Made by a program: the position numbers and the translations under genes. A DNA stretch of 64,000 nt from Anthoceros angustus (taxonomy: Eukaryota; Plantae; Anthocerotophyta): positions 930,001 through 994,000 of the forward strand of contig MU008164.1 of assembly GCA_010909165.1 (NCBI GenBank). The letters run 5' to 3'. Shown piece by piece: positions 11,913 through 24,752 of this stretch. The notes beneath the pieces were generated by a model. That model had not been told where the DNA came from, did no database searches, and saw nothing but the letters and a program-made list of their open reading frames with translations. The first letter of the stretch is position 1; each line of letters opens with the position of its first letter.

Positions 11913-12380
11913 GCTACCAAACCCCTACAGCTGCTGCATTCATCAGCCCCGATCTGGCATCTCGGTCTGCAAGCAGACTGCAGGGCTCCCTGGCCAGCCA
12001 AGAGACGCATTCATGTTTTCGACGAGGAAGTCTAAATTCTGCACCTCTGCTCCATCTCCCACGCGATTTTCCTTTCGTCACGGTCCTTCCACGATTTCTT
12101 GTGCGAAATGTCTGTCCCTTTCGCTTCTAGCAGAGCTGCTCTCATGCTAACTAAACTTCGTCCCTTGCTGTTATGTGTTAGGTCACAACATGTTTACATA
12201 ACAGGGAGGACCATCCACTACTCGCAATGCGCAAGCTAGTTAGGTTGGGTCCCTAAAACCCCCAAAAACCTGCCCCGTCACGCTAACGACAATGGGCATT
12301 GATTTGGCGCATACCCAAAATTTTACTAAATAGAGACTTTGTAAAATAGAAGAGATAGAAATTCATCTACCCCGAGCCCA

Positions 12381-14150
12381 TCCAAATGGCCTAGGCAAAA
12401 TGGACACACATTTATAAGAACGCTATGATTAAGCATCCTGAGCTTGGATCGGTACTAAAATGGGGTGCCTAAAGGGAGTGGATGCCCTTGGTGCAAGTAG
12501 CTTAGGCACACCATGGTACAAGTTGTTAAGTACTAAGTCCCATGACGGAGTGGACTTAAATAAAATTCTTCTTCTTCTCCATGGGGAATAATCCAGTCCT
12601 TAGTGGACTTAAATAAAATTCTTCTTCTTCTTCTCCATGGGGAATAATCCAGTCCTTAGTGGACTTAAATAAAATTCTTCTTCTTCTTCTCCATGGGGAA
12701 TAATCCAGTCCTTAGTGGACTTAAATAAAATTCTTCTTCTTCTTCTCCATGGGGAATAATCCATTAAAGGACCGAGGGCCAAGAAGGGCTAACCCCCCAA
12801 ATAATTCCAAAATTATCAACAGCCCCACGTATGTCGTGGTCAGAGATAAGGAAAGGCCTACCTACAGCTGGTGCCACTGGTGCCACGTCTCCCGTGCTCG
12901 TTGCACTCCTGTAAACAACGTTGGCCAACGCCCTCTGCGAGACGATGGAAACCCGCTGTCGAAATAAAGCCACCACGGAGGAAAGGGGAGACCCACTCCG
13001 TTCCGTCAACCATGGTAGGCTTTAGCACAGTCCTTTATGAGCCGTCCGAACTCCTTGCCCATGGCCCTATCGGTCTCGATAGCGAGGGGGATGAAGGCAT
13101 GGCCGTCCTACATAGCTGTGTACTTGTGTACTTTGGATGTCGCGCATTCCTCTGCACACCCAACCCAAAGGGTTGATGATGACGTGCTCACAAACGGTAT
13201 CCCGGGTAAGGTTCGTTATGACGCTATCCTCAATAGAGATTTGATCCTCCCTCGTCAGAAATAGATCCGCCTTGAGCGACATGCCCATGCGCGGGGTATA
13301 TGGACGCTCCCTATCCGGAAGAAATCCGCTCTCCTTGGCCATCGAGGACATGACATCGCGAATGGCATCATGCGTAGCCATACGCTACCCTCCAGTTGGA
13401 CAGCGAGCCAGATGGAACCTAAAATCATCGAGGGGGGCCCCACAACTGCAAGATGATAGAGAACAGGCCAAAGGCTAGACCAAGCCCAGACAGAACCTCA
13501 TCACGGTAGAAAAAGAGGCTGGTGCGATTTTGATAGCCTGGATGCACAGCCAAGCCAAAGGCCAGGAGCCCGCTTCCTTCCTGAGCAAGAGTGGAGGCGA
13601 GCCCGAGCAAGCTGGGGAATAGTAGAATCCAGAAGAAAGCCCCTCTATGCCTACCCAAACTGCTTCTCCTCAAGAGAAGCCTCAAGGTCTCGCAACGCGT
13701 CTACAGAGAGCGTGGAAAAAAGGGCCATGGCCGCCTTGGCCTACGAGGATAAGAAATCCCTGGCCAACCTTAGGGAAACCCTGCAAGAGGAAGGCCCCCT
13801 CCTCAACACCCGAGACAAAGGCCTCCAAGATGGGGGAATCCCGGATTAGGAACCGTGAGACCAACACGAGGGCAGAGAGAATCCAACTCCCAAGAAAGCC
13901 CGCCGGCACCAAGGCCTCCATGGCCAGAAGACCAGTGCCCCCAAAAGTGACAAGTAAGGACGCTTGCCGCCTCTTCAGACCCCCTGCGGCACACTGGAAG
14001 GTGCCTGGCCCAATGATGTCCCCGAGTGCCTAGATAACACCTGTTTATCGAACTTCCCCAAGCTTGATAGAAAAATTGGGGAGGGAGCAACCGTTCTAGT
14101 TCCAGTGGGTTTTACAGGACTCGGGTTCACCCATTACCAAAGATGTTAAA
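12381..14150 (-). mobile_element. 5'-truncated CRE-like non-LTR retrotransposon (end of RT region, CCHC finger, restriction-like endonuclease, putative 3' UTR)
   Basis: Minus-strand frames give QASL..GG.GL...PAGFLGSW, ARARLHSCSG.EAGSW, HLARCPTGG..ATHDAIRDV...AKESG..RE, ADL, F.PLAIETD and LFRQRVSI..QRA. This is the motif order of RLE-type (CRE clade) elements. Disrupted by frameshifts; the 5' boundary is approximate. Confidence 0.75.
12550..12763. repeat. Tandem array, 4 x 53-56 nt
   Basis: Unit gtggacttaaataaaatt(ctt)3-4ctccatggggaataatccagtcctta. It lies directly 3' of the stop codon of the CRE-like ORF (12764). Confidence 0.95.
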
Positions 14151-15904
14151 AGGGGACCCCAAAGGTCACGATATAGAAGGAGCAACTCCGTCTTTAAAGT
14201 CACCTTTAGCGCAAGCGCCTACAATGTCTTAACTAGAGAGATTGAATGGCCTAGATATTCCTGAATTAGTCGAGGATGCATCTTCAGCAGCCCCTTCAGC
14301 AGCCGCTCTTGTACAGCAATACTTTGATCCTATAACTTTGATCGGCAGCCGTTCATCTTCAGCAGCTTGCGGCAATACTTCGATCCTATAACTTTAGGCA
14401 TAGACAGGGTCCCCCTTAATCCCAAATGGACGGAGCGACTTATCTTGAGTTTTTCAAGGTGTGTTCCGGGGTCTATGATTTTTTTGGGACCGATTGAAAA
14501 GTTCAGATCTTTATGCAAAGGCGCCGCTTTTTAAGGACCCTGCTAATTTTTAGAACAAAAAAAAATAGCATATCATCTTCATGCCTAGCGAGGGGCAAGA
14601 AGGAAAGATTCCACAAGGATTCCTTATATAACATTCCTTATATCACATCTAGGTGGTTTGTAGGGCCCAATTTTGTGTTTGGAAAATTGAAACAACATGC
14701 TACAATCCTCAAAAAAGCTGATTTTTTCTTTTTTTGTAGATGTTGGTGATCTTGTCATGTAGCCCTTGGCCTAGTCAAGTTTGCTCAAAGAGTCACATTG
14801 TTGTTTTATGGTGTCATGGAGCCCCAATCAAGTTGCTCAAAGAGTTACGCTGTCGTTTTTTCATAACATTGGAAAAATGCTCACCCGCGTCAATGTAGCC
14901 ATGGAAACCCCACACTATATCAAAATGGCTGGAAGAGGCATTAGAGGCTCTCTCTTTTTTGTCCCGCCGCGAAGGAGGGTGGAACTGACCATGTTGGTAA
15001 TTATACAAGTAATAACACAGGCATCAGATTTTTATTCAATTAAATTATGCTGAAATACGGCTAAATCACCTGAAAAGCCCAAAAAGGGCCTTTATCCTTA
15101 TGGGGTTAATGGATGACTGGTGCCACATCGCCTGGATATTAGGTTTCTCATAGCCCGACACTTTTGTGTGATCACACACAGAAACCTACGCGAGGCGATA
15201 ATCTGAAGTCCAACCGATATTATGGTGGTCACTTTTTAAGCTGCCTCCACATGACATGTGAATGTGACACCGTTCATACTCGACTTTTATGTTAATGGGT
15301 GATAATGTATGCGCGTGTGCCCTTTAACCACCTTATGTGAAAGTGCATAATGGGGCCACTTCTGGCCTACATCACTTTTCGTTGTGATATAAGACTATCA
15401 TTTGAACTCCTTTTCGAATTTTTTATCTAAAAAATCTTGAAAAGAAGGTGGCTCCACGTGGGAGGCCATACCTAATCTCACGAATTGTAGGGGTCTGCTT
15501 CGAGATTATGTACTCGGGGTTTCACCACTTACATACCACGTTTCTTCAAGGACGAAGAAACCCCGCCCGCCGGCAAGTAATTTTAACATATCCCGTTACG
15601 TATAACGAGTTAGGACTAACAACCGTTAGGCAGTGAGGGAATCAGATGACGAGGTGTACATTCGGAATTACCGGCACTTAGCAACTAGTGGCACTGATGC
15701 TTAGTTAGAGCTACATGCTACCATGCATATGTACACTAGTTTCTTAAAAATATGTACACAGATGGTCCCTGGTTGCCGCATTAAGTACCTTCCCGTAGTT
15801 CGTGATAATCATGTCTACATGAACACAAGATTGCTTGTAAGTTGGCTATGGTGCAAAGTATGGGAGGGATTTTATTGAAGCTGGAGGCTAATGAGGCCTA
15901 GTCC

Positions 15905-16172
15905 CTACTATGATTCAAGCTATGGCTGCCGGAGTCCCAAGTAGTATTCAGGCTGGGACTATCGAGGTCCGGAGTATGGTTCAGGCTGGGATTGCCAAGG
16001 TCCCGAGTATGGTTTAGGATGGGACTGCTACAGTCCCGAGTATGATTTAGTCTGTGAATGCGGGAGTCCCAAGTGTGATTTAGGCTGGGGCTATCGAGGT
16101 TCTAAGTTTGGTTTAGGCTGGGACTGTCGGAGTCCTAAATATGCTTCAAGCTAGGACCGTCGGAGTCAAGTA
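15905..16172 (+). repeat. Degenerate 33-nt minisatellite, about 8 units
   Basis: Unit approximately gagtatggtttaggctgggactgtcgaggtccc, with the 33-nt period kept across units. Confidence 0.8.
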
Positions 16173-19100
16173 TTCCTCGGGCTGTTTGAGCAAATGTGTT
16201 AGTCCTGCAACTATATAAGTGAAACCTCTTGTCATTAAAGCATGCATAATCTAGTATAGCATGTTGCTCCATATCGAAAGGCCTACCAAGTTTGCAAGGC
16301 GGAGAATTAGAAAATGGCACACACACGTTATGCCCAGCATCCCGGCAGCTCAGGAATGCATCAGAAACTAAAGTTCCATTCCAAAAGCACAAAGTTTCTA
16401 GGAGTTGTCTTCTGTGCACAGCGCCGCAAGACGCGACTTTAACAACTGTTTATTCTAGCCCTAGCTGCTAGTTTTCCTTCTCGCACGTGGCCATCTTCAC
16501 ACTACGCCTCAGTCCACGTTCAACCTTGCTCCAGTTCATGATTTAGAACATTTGCACGCCCTTGGTGCGGTCGACCCACGTTGAATAGCGCACTTTCAGC
16601 CTGTAGAAATAAGGGTTTACTAATATGTCTTCTCTTAGTGACTATAACTTGCCTATTTATATATTTATTGAAATAGACACGATACTATTATGCTATGCAT
16701 GCTTTGACGATGATTGAATAAACACTAACTAGCTAAAGAAGTAGCCATATACGTGGGACCATCCACGTTCACTTGGGCTTCACGATCCACGTTGACCTAG
16801 GGTTCAACATCCATCCTTCTGTCTTGTTCCATCGCTCTGCTTCTCTGCCGTGGCATTTTCCACATGTTCTTTTCTCATGAGACTTCCTTTGCCTGCTGAA
16901 ACCTGATTCTCTTGCCCCAATGTCTTCTCTCCAACATCATACAATGTCGATACTTACAGGGCCACAACACACAACCTTGAAAACAACCTATATTCGAGGT
17001 TGTGTGTTACCCGCTACGCCACAATACACATTCAAATTTGATTCTATGTTTATGTGCTTTGACCTTACTTGGGTAAATTAATGGTTGACTTAACTTTATG
17101 AGCAATAATGATGGTAGCCTAAGGTTGCTATTGTGGCGGTCTTTTTCAAAAATTTTACTCAGTGGAGCTGTATAAATAGTTAGTTGGCTGGATTCGATTT
17201 CTAGTAAGTTGTCTTTGTCTAATGTTTACAGTTGCAACTGTCCCATCAATTTGCCACTTGAATCAATTGTGGTCATGTGCCTGAGTTTTGCCTAAGCATC
17301 AAGCTATTTTGTGGCAAAGTTGGCATGCTTCATAGCCTAATACTAATAGATGGGGGTTGAAAGAGATTGTTGCGGAGGATCTATGTCGCCAGTGTATTCA
17401 AAGGGCCTTGCACAAGACCAAGCATACTTTTTTTCTATTGTGACTTTGCTGGCGTGGTGTGGCGACCTATTCATTCATGGCTTTGTCGAGTTTAGCATCA
17501 ATCCGACTTTGTCTTTGACCGTTCACATGCCCTTGTTTGATATTTATGGCAAATGATAATCTATCTCTGGCAGTACAAACATCTTAGGTCTGCAAGACAG
17601 TCTTCTTGGACTATGATATCTCATTCAAATAAGTTAACTCATAGATGGGGTGCATTCTTTGGATTGCCGCATTGCATTCGAACAAGTTAGACGCCTGGCA
17701 CGTAGTCTTTCCAGTTTTCTAAAACCAGAATAATCTACTTTTTTTTTTTCATAGCCTTTATTTCAAAGGGCCAAAACAAAATATTCCACTTGTGATCTGA
17801 TGTAAAGAGCAGATTATTCCGCTCATTGGCAATGTAGTCTCATATTTTATACAAACAACAAACGGGAACAAAATGGAACATTTTACTACACAGCAAAGTA
17901 ATTTGGTCTAAAGTTTGCATGCCTCACTGCATGGACTAGAGTGTTGTACTATGAAGCGGATTAATCTACTTTGTTGACCGGATACCTTATACCCTGAAGC
18001 GGATTATCTTGTTGTACATACATTTTTATACTTTGATCCATGTATTAGAAGACGGATAATGGATGAACGAAATCTCTGGGCCAGATTATTCCGCTCAATG
18101 GTCCACGATTACCTATGTGAAAAGGCTTCTCGTATGAGAGTGAACTATTTCGCTTTCGTGGCCTACACATTTTTCATGACCGGATAAAGAGCTTTCCTTG
18201 AGAGCAGTCTAAGATCACATTTTCTAACAAGACGGGATTTACAGAGTGAAAGAGGGGATAAAGGAGAATGATAACCTCCTCATTCTTCTTTTATCGAATA
18301 CTAGTAAAAAACGGTGCATTCACTATGAATGATGTTTTGCCAATCACAAGGTAGAGTTTGCTCTAGGATTATGCTAGTTTTACTAGAATAATCCAAGGAT
18401 TTGCCACGTACAACAAAAGATTACATCCCCTTAGTAATGGTTATTGTTGCCGAACTCCCTGGAACGAACTTGAAAGTACGAGATCACAGTATGTGTGATA
18501 GTAATGGAGAGCTGGCCTGCCTACCGCGGGAGGGCCAAGCTGCATGTTTGGCTGCGGAGAGCAGATTATTCCCTCTCTAGCTGCACTCGGGAACGGTGAG
18601 AGTGGTTCTTAAATGCTAAACTTGGAACATTTTCTTGTTTTTTGAAATGTGTACCACCTTTTTGCACTTGATTATTTCAGTCGACCACGGAGATGTGTGA
18701 ATTATTCTACTATTTTTTTCTGAATAATTACCCGCAGATTAAAAAAAATAAAAAAATGAGATTGGGTTTAGAGAGGGTGTGTCAACATTCAAAAACGTGA
18801 CCATGTAGCTAATGCACATGCTTCCGAGCTTTAGCACTTTGATATGAAAATCTCAAAGTTAATGGTGGTCCGTTTTGGTCTTCAGAAAGTATATTTTGTA
18901 TCTCTATGACCAAGCGGGGAGGCTGCTGCTCCCATGCAAGCTAGAGAGAGCAGAGCGCTCTTTATACCGCTTTTTCAACCCCAGGAGGACAAAGAGTGTT
19001 TTCGGGAATTTTCGCCTGTTTTCGGTTACTTAAGGATATTTAATTCTAAAAATGTCATTACGATCTGCTCAACACCATAATCACTGGTGCATTCTCCTCC

Positions 19101-20334
19101 ATCCTCACATCTGATGCAAAAACGTTTCCATACCACAAAGTGAAAACTCGTCACTTCTGTCCGTCCTTGAGTATTGTTGTCAAAGTGCTCTGCTCGTGGC
19201 GATAACCACCATCGTCCTGCAACCTTGGTATTGATGTTGAGGTGCTGAACCAGTAGCCTTTCACTCGCAACCAGCATCACACAGCCTTTCCATTTTCATT
19301 TGCTGAAGTCAGTCTGGGATTACCAGAAGCCAGTCGGTTCACGATATCTTCCGGTCTTTCACAGCATATATTATAGCTGGACAAAGGTCAGCAGCGTAAG
19401 TTATACAAGCCTGCGGATATGTGGGATTTGTTTGCTGAGGGAATCAGTCTACCTCGTAGTCTGGAGAGGAGTGAGGTGTATGCATGCTGCTAAGCATTTG
19501 TGGTGTATGCTGCACTTTTGAGTCCTCCGGGCCACTCTCCCCTCTGGCTCAGGAATATGCTTGTGATAGTTGTCCTTTACTGAAAGTTCCATGTCATTTC
19601 TTGCTTCCTCATACATCAGGCCCTCCTGGCGTAAAGTGAAATTTAAATTGAGGTCAGGTAGGATTTCACCCTAATTCCCATCTCTGCATATTTATTAAGT
19701 CTCTCCACATTGAATTGAGGTCAGGTAGGATTTCATGTGAAGAGAGAGGAACAGCAAAGACACACAGGAGCAAAGCAGCATGACTATGTTGCCAGATAAC
19801 CTTTCTCAGGATGTTAAGCGAACCTGGTCTTACCATTCTCGTGGTCAGAGAGGTCTCACCTCGCCTTGCTGAGGAGGGATGTGAGGCCTGTTTGCTCAGC
19901 CCTGGAAGAGGGCTTCTCGTTTGATTTCCAAGGTCGTTTTTACCAGCACACGTCCCTGCCGAGTGCCCGTCAACCTTTACACAGTCATGGTCTCGCATAT
20001 CACCGTGATGCTCTCGTGTGTGGCATGTTCTCCATAAGATCATGCATCCTTGTGTTGCTAGAGCAGGCTTATGAGTGGATGGACAGATGAGAAAAATGAG
20101 GGATCGGGGTAAGTTCTACAAGGACCATTAAAGGACTCCAATATGGTGTCTGATCATCTGATGTGATCTCAAATAAAATACAATCCTAATTTCAAAGAAT
20201 AGAACTACATTTCAGAGAGCGTAATTACAGTCAAATGGTAATAACCTATCCTATAGCATAAGGCCTATGATATACATTACAAGTTACGCTATTGTGTTGA
20301 AGGTCGATTCCGTAGCTTCCGTTCATGCAGACCA

Positions 20335-23300
20335 TCAGACTTTATCCGTTGCGTTGAGTAGCGGTTCACTTTCCGGTTGTGTTCCCTGCCAAAATCTGCT
20401 GCTTGATAACACACTCAAGGTCTCACTTTCCCTGGTTTCCTCCTCTTTGACGGCTAATGCTTCAGCAGCAGCGCCTTGTGCCTGCACTCTTTTAAGTCGC
20501 TCCTCCAAACGGGCATTGCACACTTGCACAGCATCATGTACTCGTACAAAGAACCACTCCCTCCCGATGAGATCTGGAATTCCTGCTTTGGCAAGAGACT
20601 TCATAACCTTGGAGTTCGGATTGGATAAGGCAAGCTGCAACAAAACGACATGAAAACATCAGCCAAGTCAGGTCATCACACAAAATCTTCATCAGCCAAG
20701 CGGTTGCAGAACGCGCTGGATAGCTAAAATTTGGTGGGCTGAATTCTGGCCTGGATACGTCGGGCCTTATAGTTGAGATAAAGGTCCTTGATTGCATGAA
20801 TCGCTGTTGAGTCAACATGGGTAACAGCTGAAATGAAACGCGCATGTCAGAACCAGTATGCCACGCACAAGAACATGAAAGATGTTGTTTACTAGCTTGG
20901 TTCAGAACCCGTACGAGACATCTCAAGAATGATGTATCTGATTTTCTTGTCTTCGACTCCCTTGTTAGCGTTCTGCGCAGAAAATACTTCGAGTTCTCGA
21001 AGCCTGTGGATGTCTCACCGAGAAGCACAGGAAACAAGAACGACGATTATTACAAAAGAGCATGACGAAAGTTATCACCCGTCCTTCCAAACAGGCACAA
21101 GGGAAAGGCAGCTAACCTTTCGTTGACATAGCTGACGTTGGCGAAGTAGATTGGGGCGTCGATTCGAATGACTACAATTCCATGGTATATGTAGGCATCC
21201 GCATATTGCTTTTTGTTTCTATACACTGTCGTGCCCGGAAGACGGCCAAGAACAACTGGCCAAAAAGCAAAGCAATAAATTAGTGCACAATGAACGAAGT
21301 GTACATCCAAGGGCGGAAGGAAAGGACGGATGATTACCTATGTGTGGGTTTGCTGACTGGTAGATTACGAATACCAGAGACAATAGAACCTGAGCCACAG
21401 GAAACCGATTTCAGACAACGGCGTAAGACAAAAACACAACGGCAAGCGGCCAGCTGTGCCAGATAACAGGACTTTTGCATTGCTCTAAGGTTGGATATAC
21501 CTACTGAGCAAGGAACCCACCGATAGTAAGACACCGTACTCGACTCCACAGAAAAGTGTGATGACGCTTGCAGCAAGCCAAAGGAGGAAATCCTTCTTGT
21601 CCACACGCCATAGGAATATAGCTTCCTCATAGTCAACCTATCACAAGGCAACAGGTCAAGCTCGAGACCCCAGACATATACCGCACTCCAAGGGAACAGC
21701 GCCAAGCCCAAGGGAGGTTTGATGAACATCGTGACGGTAAAATGACCAGATAATACTCCTGTCGGGATGTGTCTCACCAGACCAATGACGGCAGAGACCA
21801 CAATAGCCGCCAAAGCACACTGCAGAGAAAGTACATGCACCATCATGAAAGAGGCCCTCTGCAGCCTAAAATGCAGTAAAAACAAATGCTAACATCTAAA
21901 TCCTCAGCACCACAAGGTCTATTGCAAGGTGGGGATAATCTGCCTCACTTGCGGGATATCTGTAAAAAGCGGCGTCAGAAACAGCAGTGCCAAGCAGACT
22001 ACAAGAGCTGTCACAATGGCGGCAATTCCCGTCTTGGCTCCAGTGTCGTTATTCACGGCCGATCTTGAGAAGGACCCTGCCAAACGTGTGTCATGTCAAA
22101 AATTGAGCTACGAAGAGCTGATGGTACACGGCTGGCAAAGGAACAACACCCTTGACGAGCCCTTTCTTGTGGGACGACATGTCTTAAGCTAAACTTCACC
22201 CATACATAAGTCCCACGTCATCAGCACTCTGACAATGAATAGGATGAAAGAGATTTCTATCCACGTAAACATCGCCACTCCGGTCTCACTGCAACTGGAA
22301 ATCGCATAAAGCTCCCGGCATGGTAATGTGATGTTGTCTTGCCTGTGGCAGGATAGGCTGAAAATGCCGACCCAACAATGTTTGCCACTCCTAGTCCAAA
22401 CAGCTGGCAAATACAGAAAAATCCGGGCTTCAGACAAGGAATGCAACAAGCAGAAGAAGCCAGCATCAAACTGAGGTCGAGGTCAGCAGGGTCAGTAGCA
22501 GCGCTCCCAGGGTCGTTGGTGGACCTACCTCTCGGTTCGAGTCAAGCTCGTACCCATTCTTGGTTGCCAAGGCCTTAGCAATCCCCACAGACTCCTGATA
22601 GGAAGGGGCCCACAATCAGAACAGGTTAGCGGTGTGCAAATATCAAAACTGCTCGGCTGTAGTAGACGACTATCAGGGTGCACAAGTTCCAAGTGGGGCA
22701 AACAAATAATTACCAGGATGGCGACACCAGCGATGAGAAATGCTGTCGGAAGTAAATCTCTCACGTGGTCGAAGGTGTAGTTCAAGGAGAAAGGCGGAAG
22801 GCCCTTAGGAATTGAGCCAACCTGCAACACAAAACGAGATAAATAAGACGCGTAGCCCTTACTGGACCTTATGGGGCCCGTGCACCGGATGGGGGGCAAG
22901 TCTCACCACACTGATAGAGGCAGGCCTAAACACTTTGACAAATGCTGTGCTCAGAACCAACGACGTCAAGGGTCCACCCGCACGGAGAAACAAGAATCTT
23001 TTGTCAGACTTCCCCTGCATTTGCACGGACTCTGTCAGTTGAGTACAATGCCACAAATTCAAAGAGCAGGAAAGCTAGCGGCGGGAGCAGTGTGCAGCTT
23101 CTTGCAATGTGCGGACGAGAATTAAGTATAATGGTGATGATTTGGAAACTGAGATGCCCCAGTAAGCAAGACCTGACAGTAAAGCAAGTAGTTTAATACA
23201 CACCTACCAGATGTTTCATCCCCAGTAATAGACCCAGAACAAGAAAGCCCATGACAAACGGCTGCCAAAGGAACTGCAAAAAAGAGGGGATAAGAAGTCA

Positions 23301-24752
23301 GCAAACCAAAGCCAAAGTCCAAGTGAAGACTGTAGAAGAAGTACAGCTGCTGGACAAGCAGCTTATAGTGCTCTAGCAATCATGTGACCCGTGAGGACTG
23401 CTGAACCAACTAAAGGAAACTGTACCTGGTCAAAGCCTGCCACAATACTTCGTATCAAAGGAATGAGCTCGCTGCTGCGGGATACCTCATACCCTAGAAA
23501 GTTTTTGGCCTGAGATAGGCCTATGATGATGGCGGATCCAGAAGTGAACCCCGAAATGACTGAATGACTGATGAAGCGAATCAGCCAACCCAGCCTGCAA
23601 TGGACCATAACGACGCATCATCATCAGCATTCATATCTGAATATAAATAAAACGAGTCTGAAGTTCCGCTCCTAACCATTACCTTGCGACTCCCATAATG
23701 GACTCGATCACTCCTACCATCAGCGCCAACAGTATCGCAAGCCGCACATACAGATCAGCCGCATTTTCCATTTCACTTCGCATCTTGTCAGCGCCCACAA
23801 TCGGTGCCAGCCCATTGGAGACCAGGAGCGAAATCAGAGCCACCGGCCCGACGGCAACTTGCCGTGAGGATCCGAAGATCGAGTACGCAATGATCGGAAC
23901 AAATCCCGAATCTGTAATGTCACACAACATATCCACCCAAAGACGTCAGAGTCGGAGGTTGTCGGTGCGATCCACCGCGTCCACACCCTGGGCAACTGAC
24001 CGAACACGATTCCCATAGCTCCACAATGCAACTCTAGTACCCAGCAACGATCGCTCAGAAGTTGACACCAAATCACACAAAACAGTCTTGTAGTCTTACA
24101 CAGTCCATAGATCGGAGGAAGCCCAGCCAACTTCGCATAAGACATGGCCTGACGACAAGCAACACAGCCGGTTAGCCATATCTCCTCCAGCAAGAAACGC
24201 CGGCATTTGCCCAGACCTCCCGGCGCAGCATTAGGCTTCCGAGCCAAATCTGGAAACCGGACTACAGCTGTCTGCAACCGAGTCCGTCACATATCCATCG
24301 GGAAAACAAAATACAAAACCGACTCCCGACCCCCCGCACACTACGCCGATGCCTCGGGGAACAGCTGTCCTCCGCGATCGCAGCATGTCAAACAAAGAAC
24401 ATCATCCCTCGCTAGCACCAACCTGTGGAACAAGCATCGTCCCGACTGTGATTCCTGCCACGAAATCCGACTTGAAGTATGCACCGAAATCGTACGCTCT
24501 CAGCCAGGTCAAGCAGGGGAACAGCTTCGCAAGCCATCCGAAAGCAAGCATCCCCCAGCTCCCCTTCTGCGCATCCGCGACCACATCGAGCACCAGCTCC
24601 TCGGAGCTAGTATCCGACTCCGCCGTCATCGCGCCGCTCCCCCGTAACCTAGCACCGGGCACCCCGCCTCCTCCCACAGCCGCACGGCTGTCCGGCAGGT
24701 TACGGGAGAATGCGCCGATATCCGACACGCTCCGGGACAGGTACTTGTCCAT
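20335..24752 (-). CDS. SULTR4: Sulfate transporter, group 4 (SLC26/SulP with STAS domain), multi-exon
   Basis: Exons read [110 protein letters not shown]...[10 protein letters not shown] and [17 protein letters not shown]. These are typical of SULTR4;1/4;2. Confidence 0.95.

Noticed and set aside
1365-12600. One large TIR element capturing the PPR and VPS52 genes
   Set aside because: The two inverted copies have a variable middle, no TSD and a polar repeat tail, and one is continuous with a retroelement ORF. Two independent insertions explain this better.
12550-12763. Possible CRISPR array
   Set aside because: There are no unique spacers, the units are contiguous, and the context is eukaryotic with no cas genes.
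19866-20090. Possible PPR remnant (LHSHGL...DALVCGMF...LEQAYEWM)
   Set aside because: The similarity is too weak and short to support by eye.
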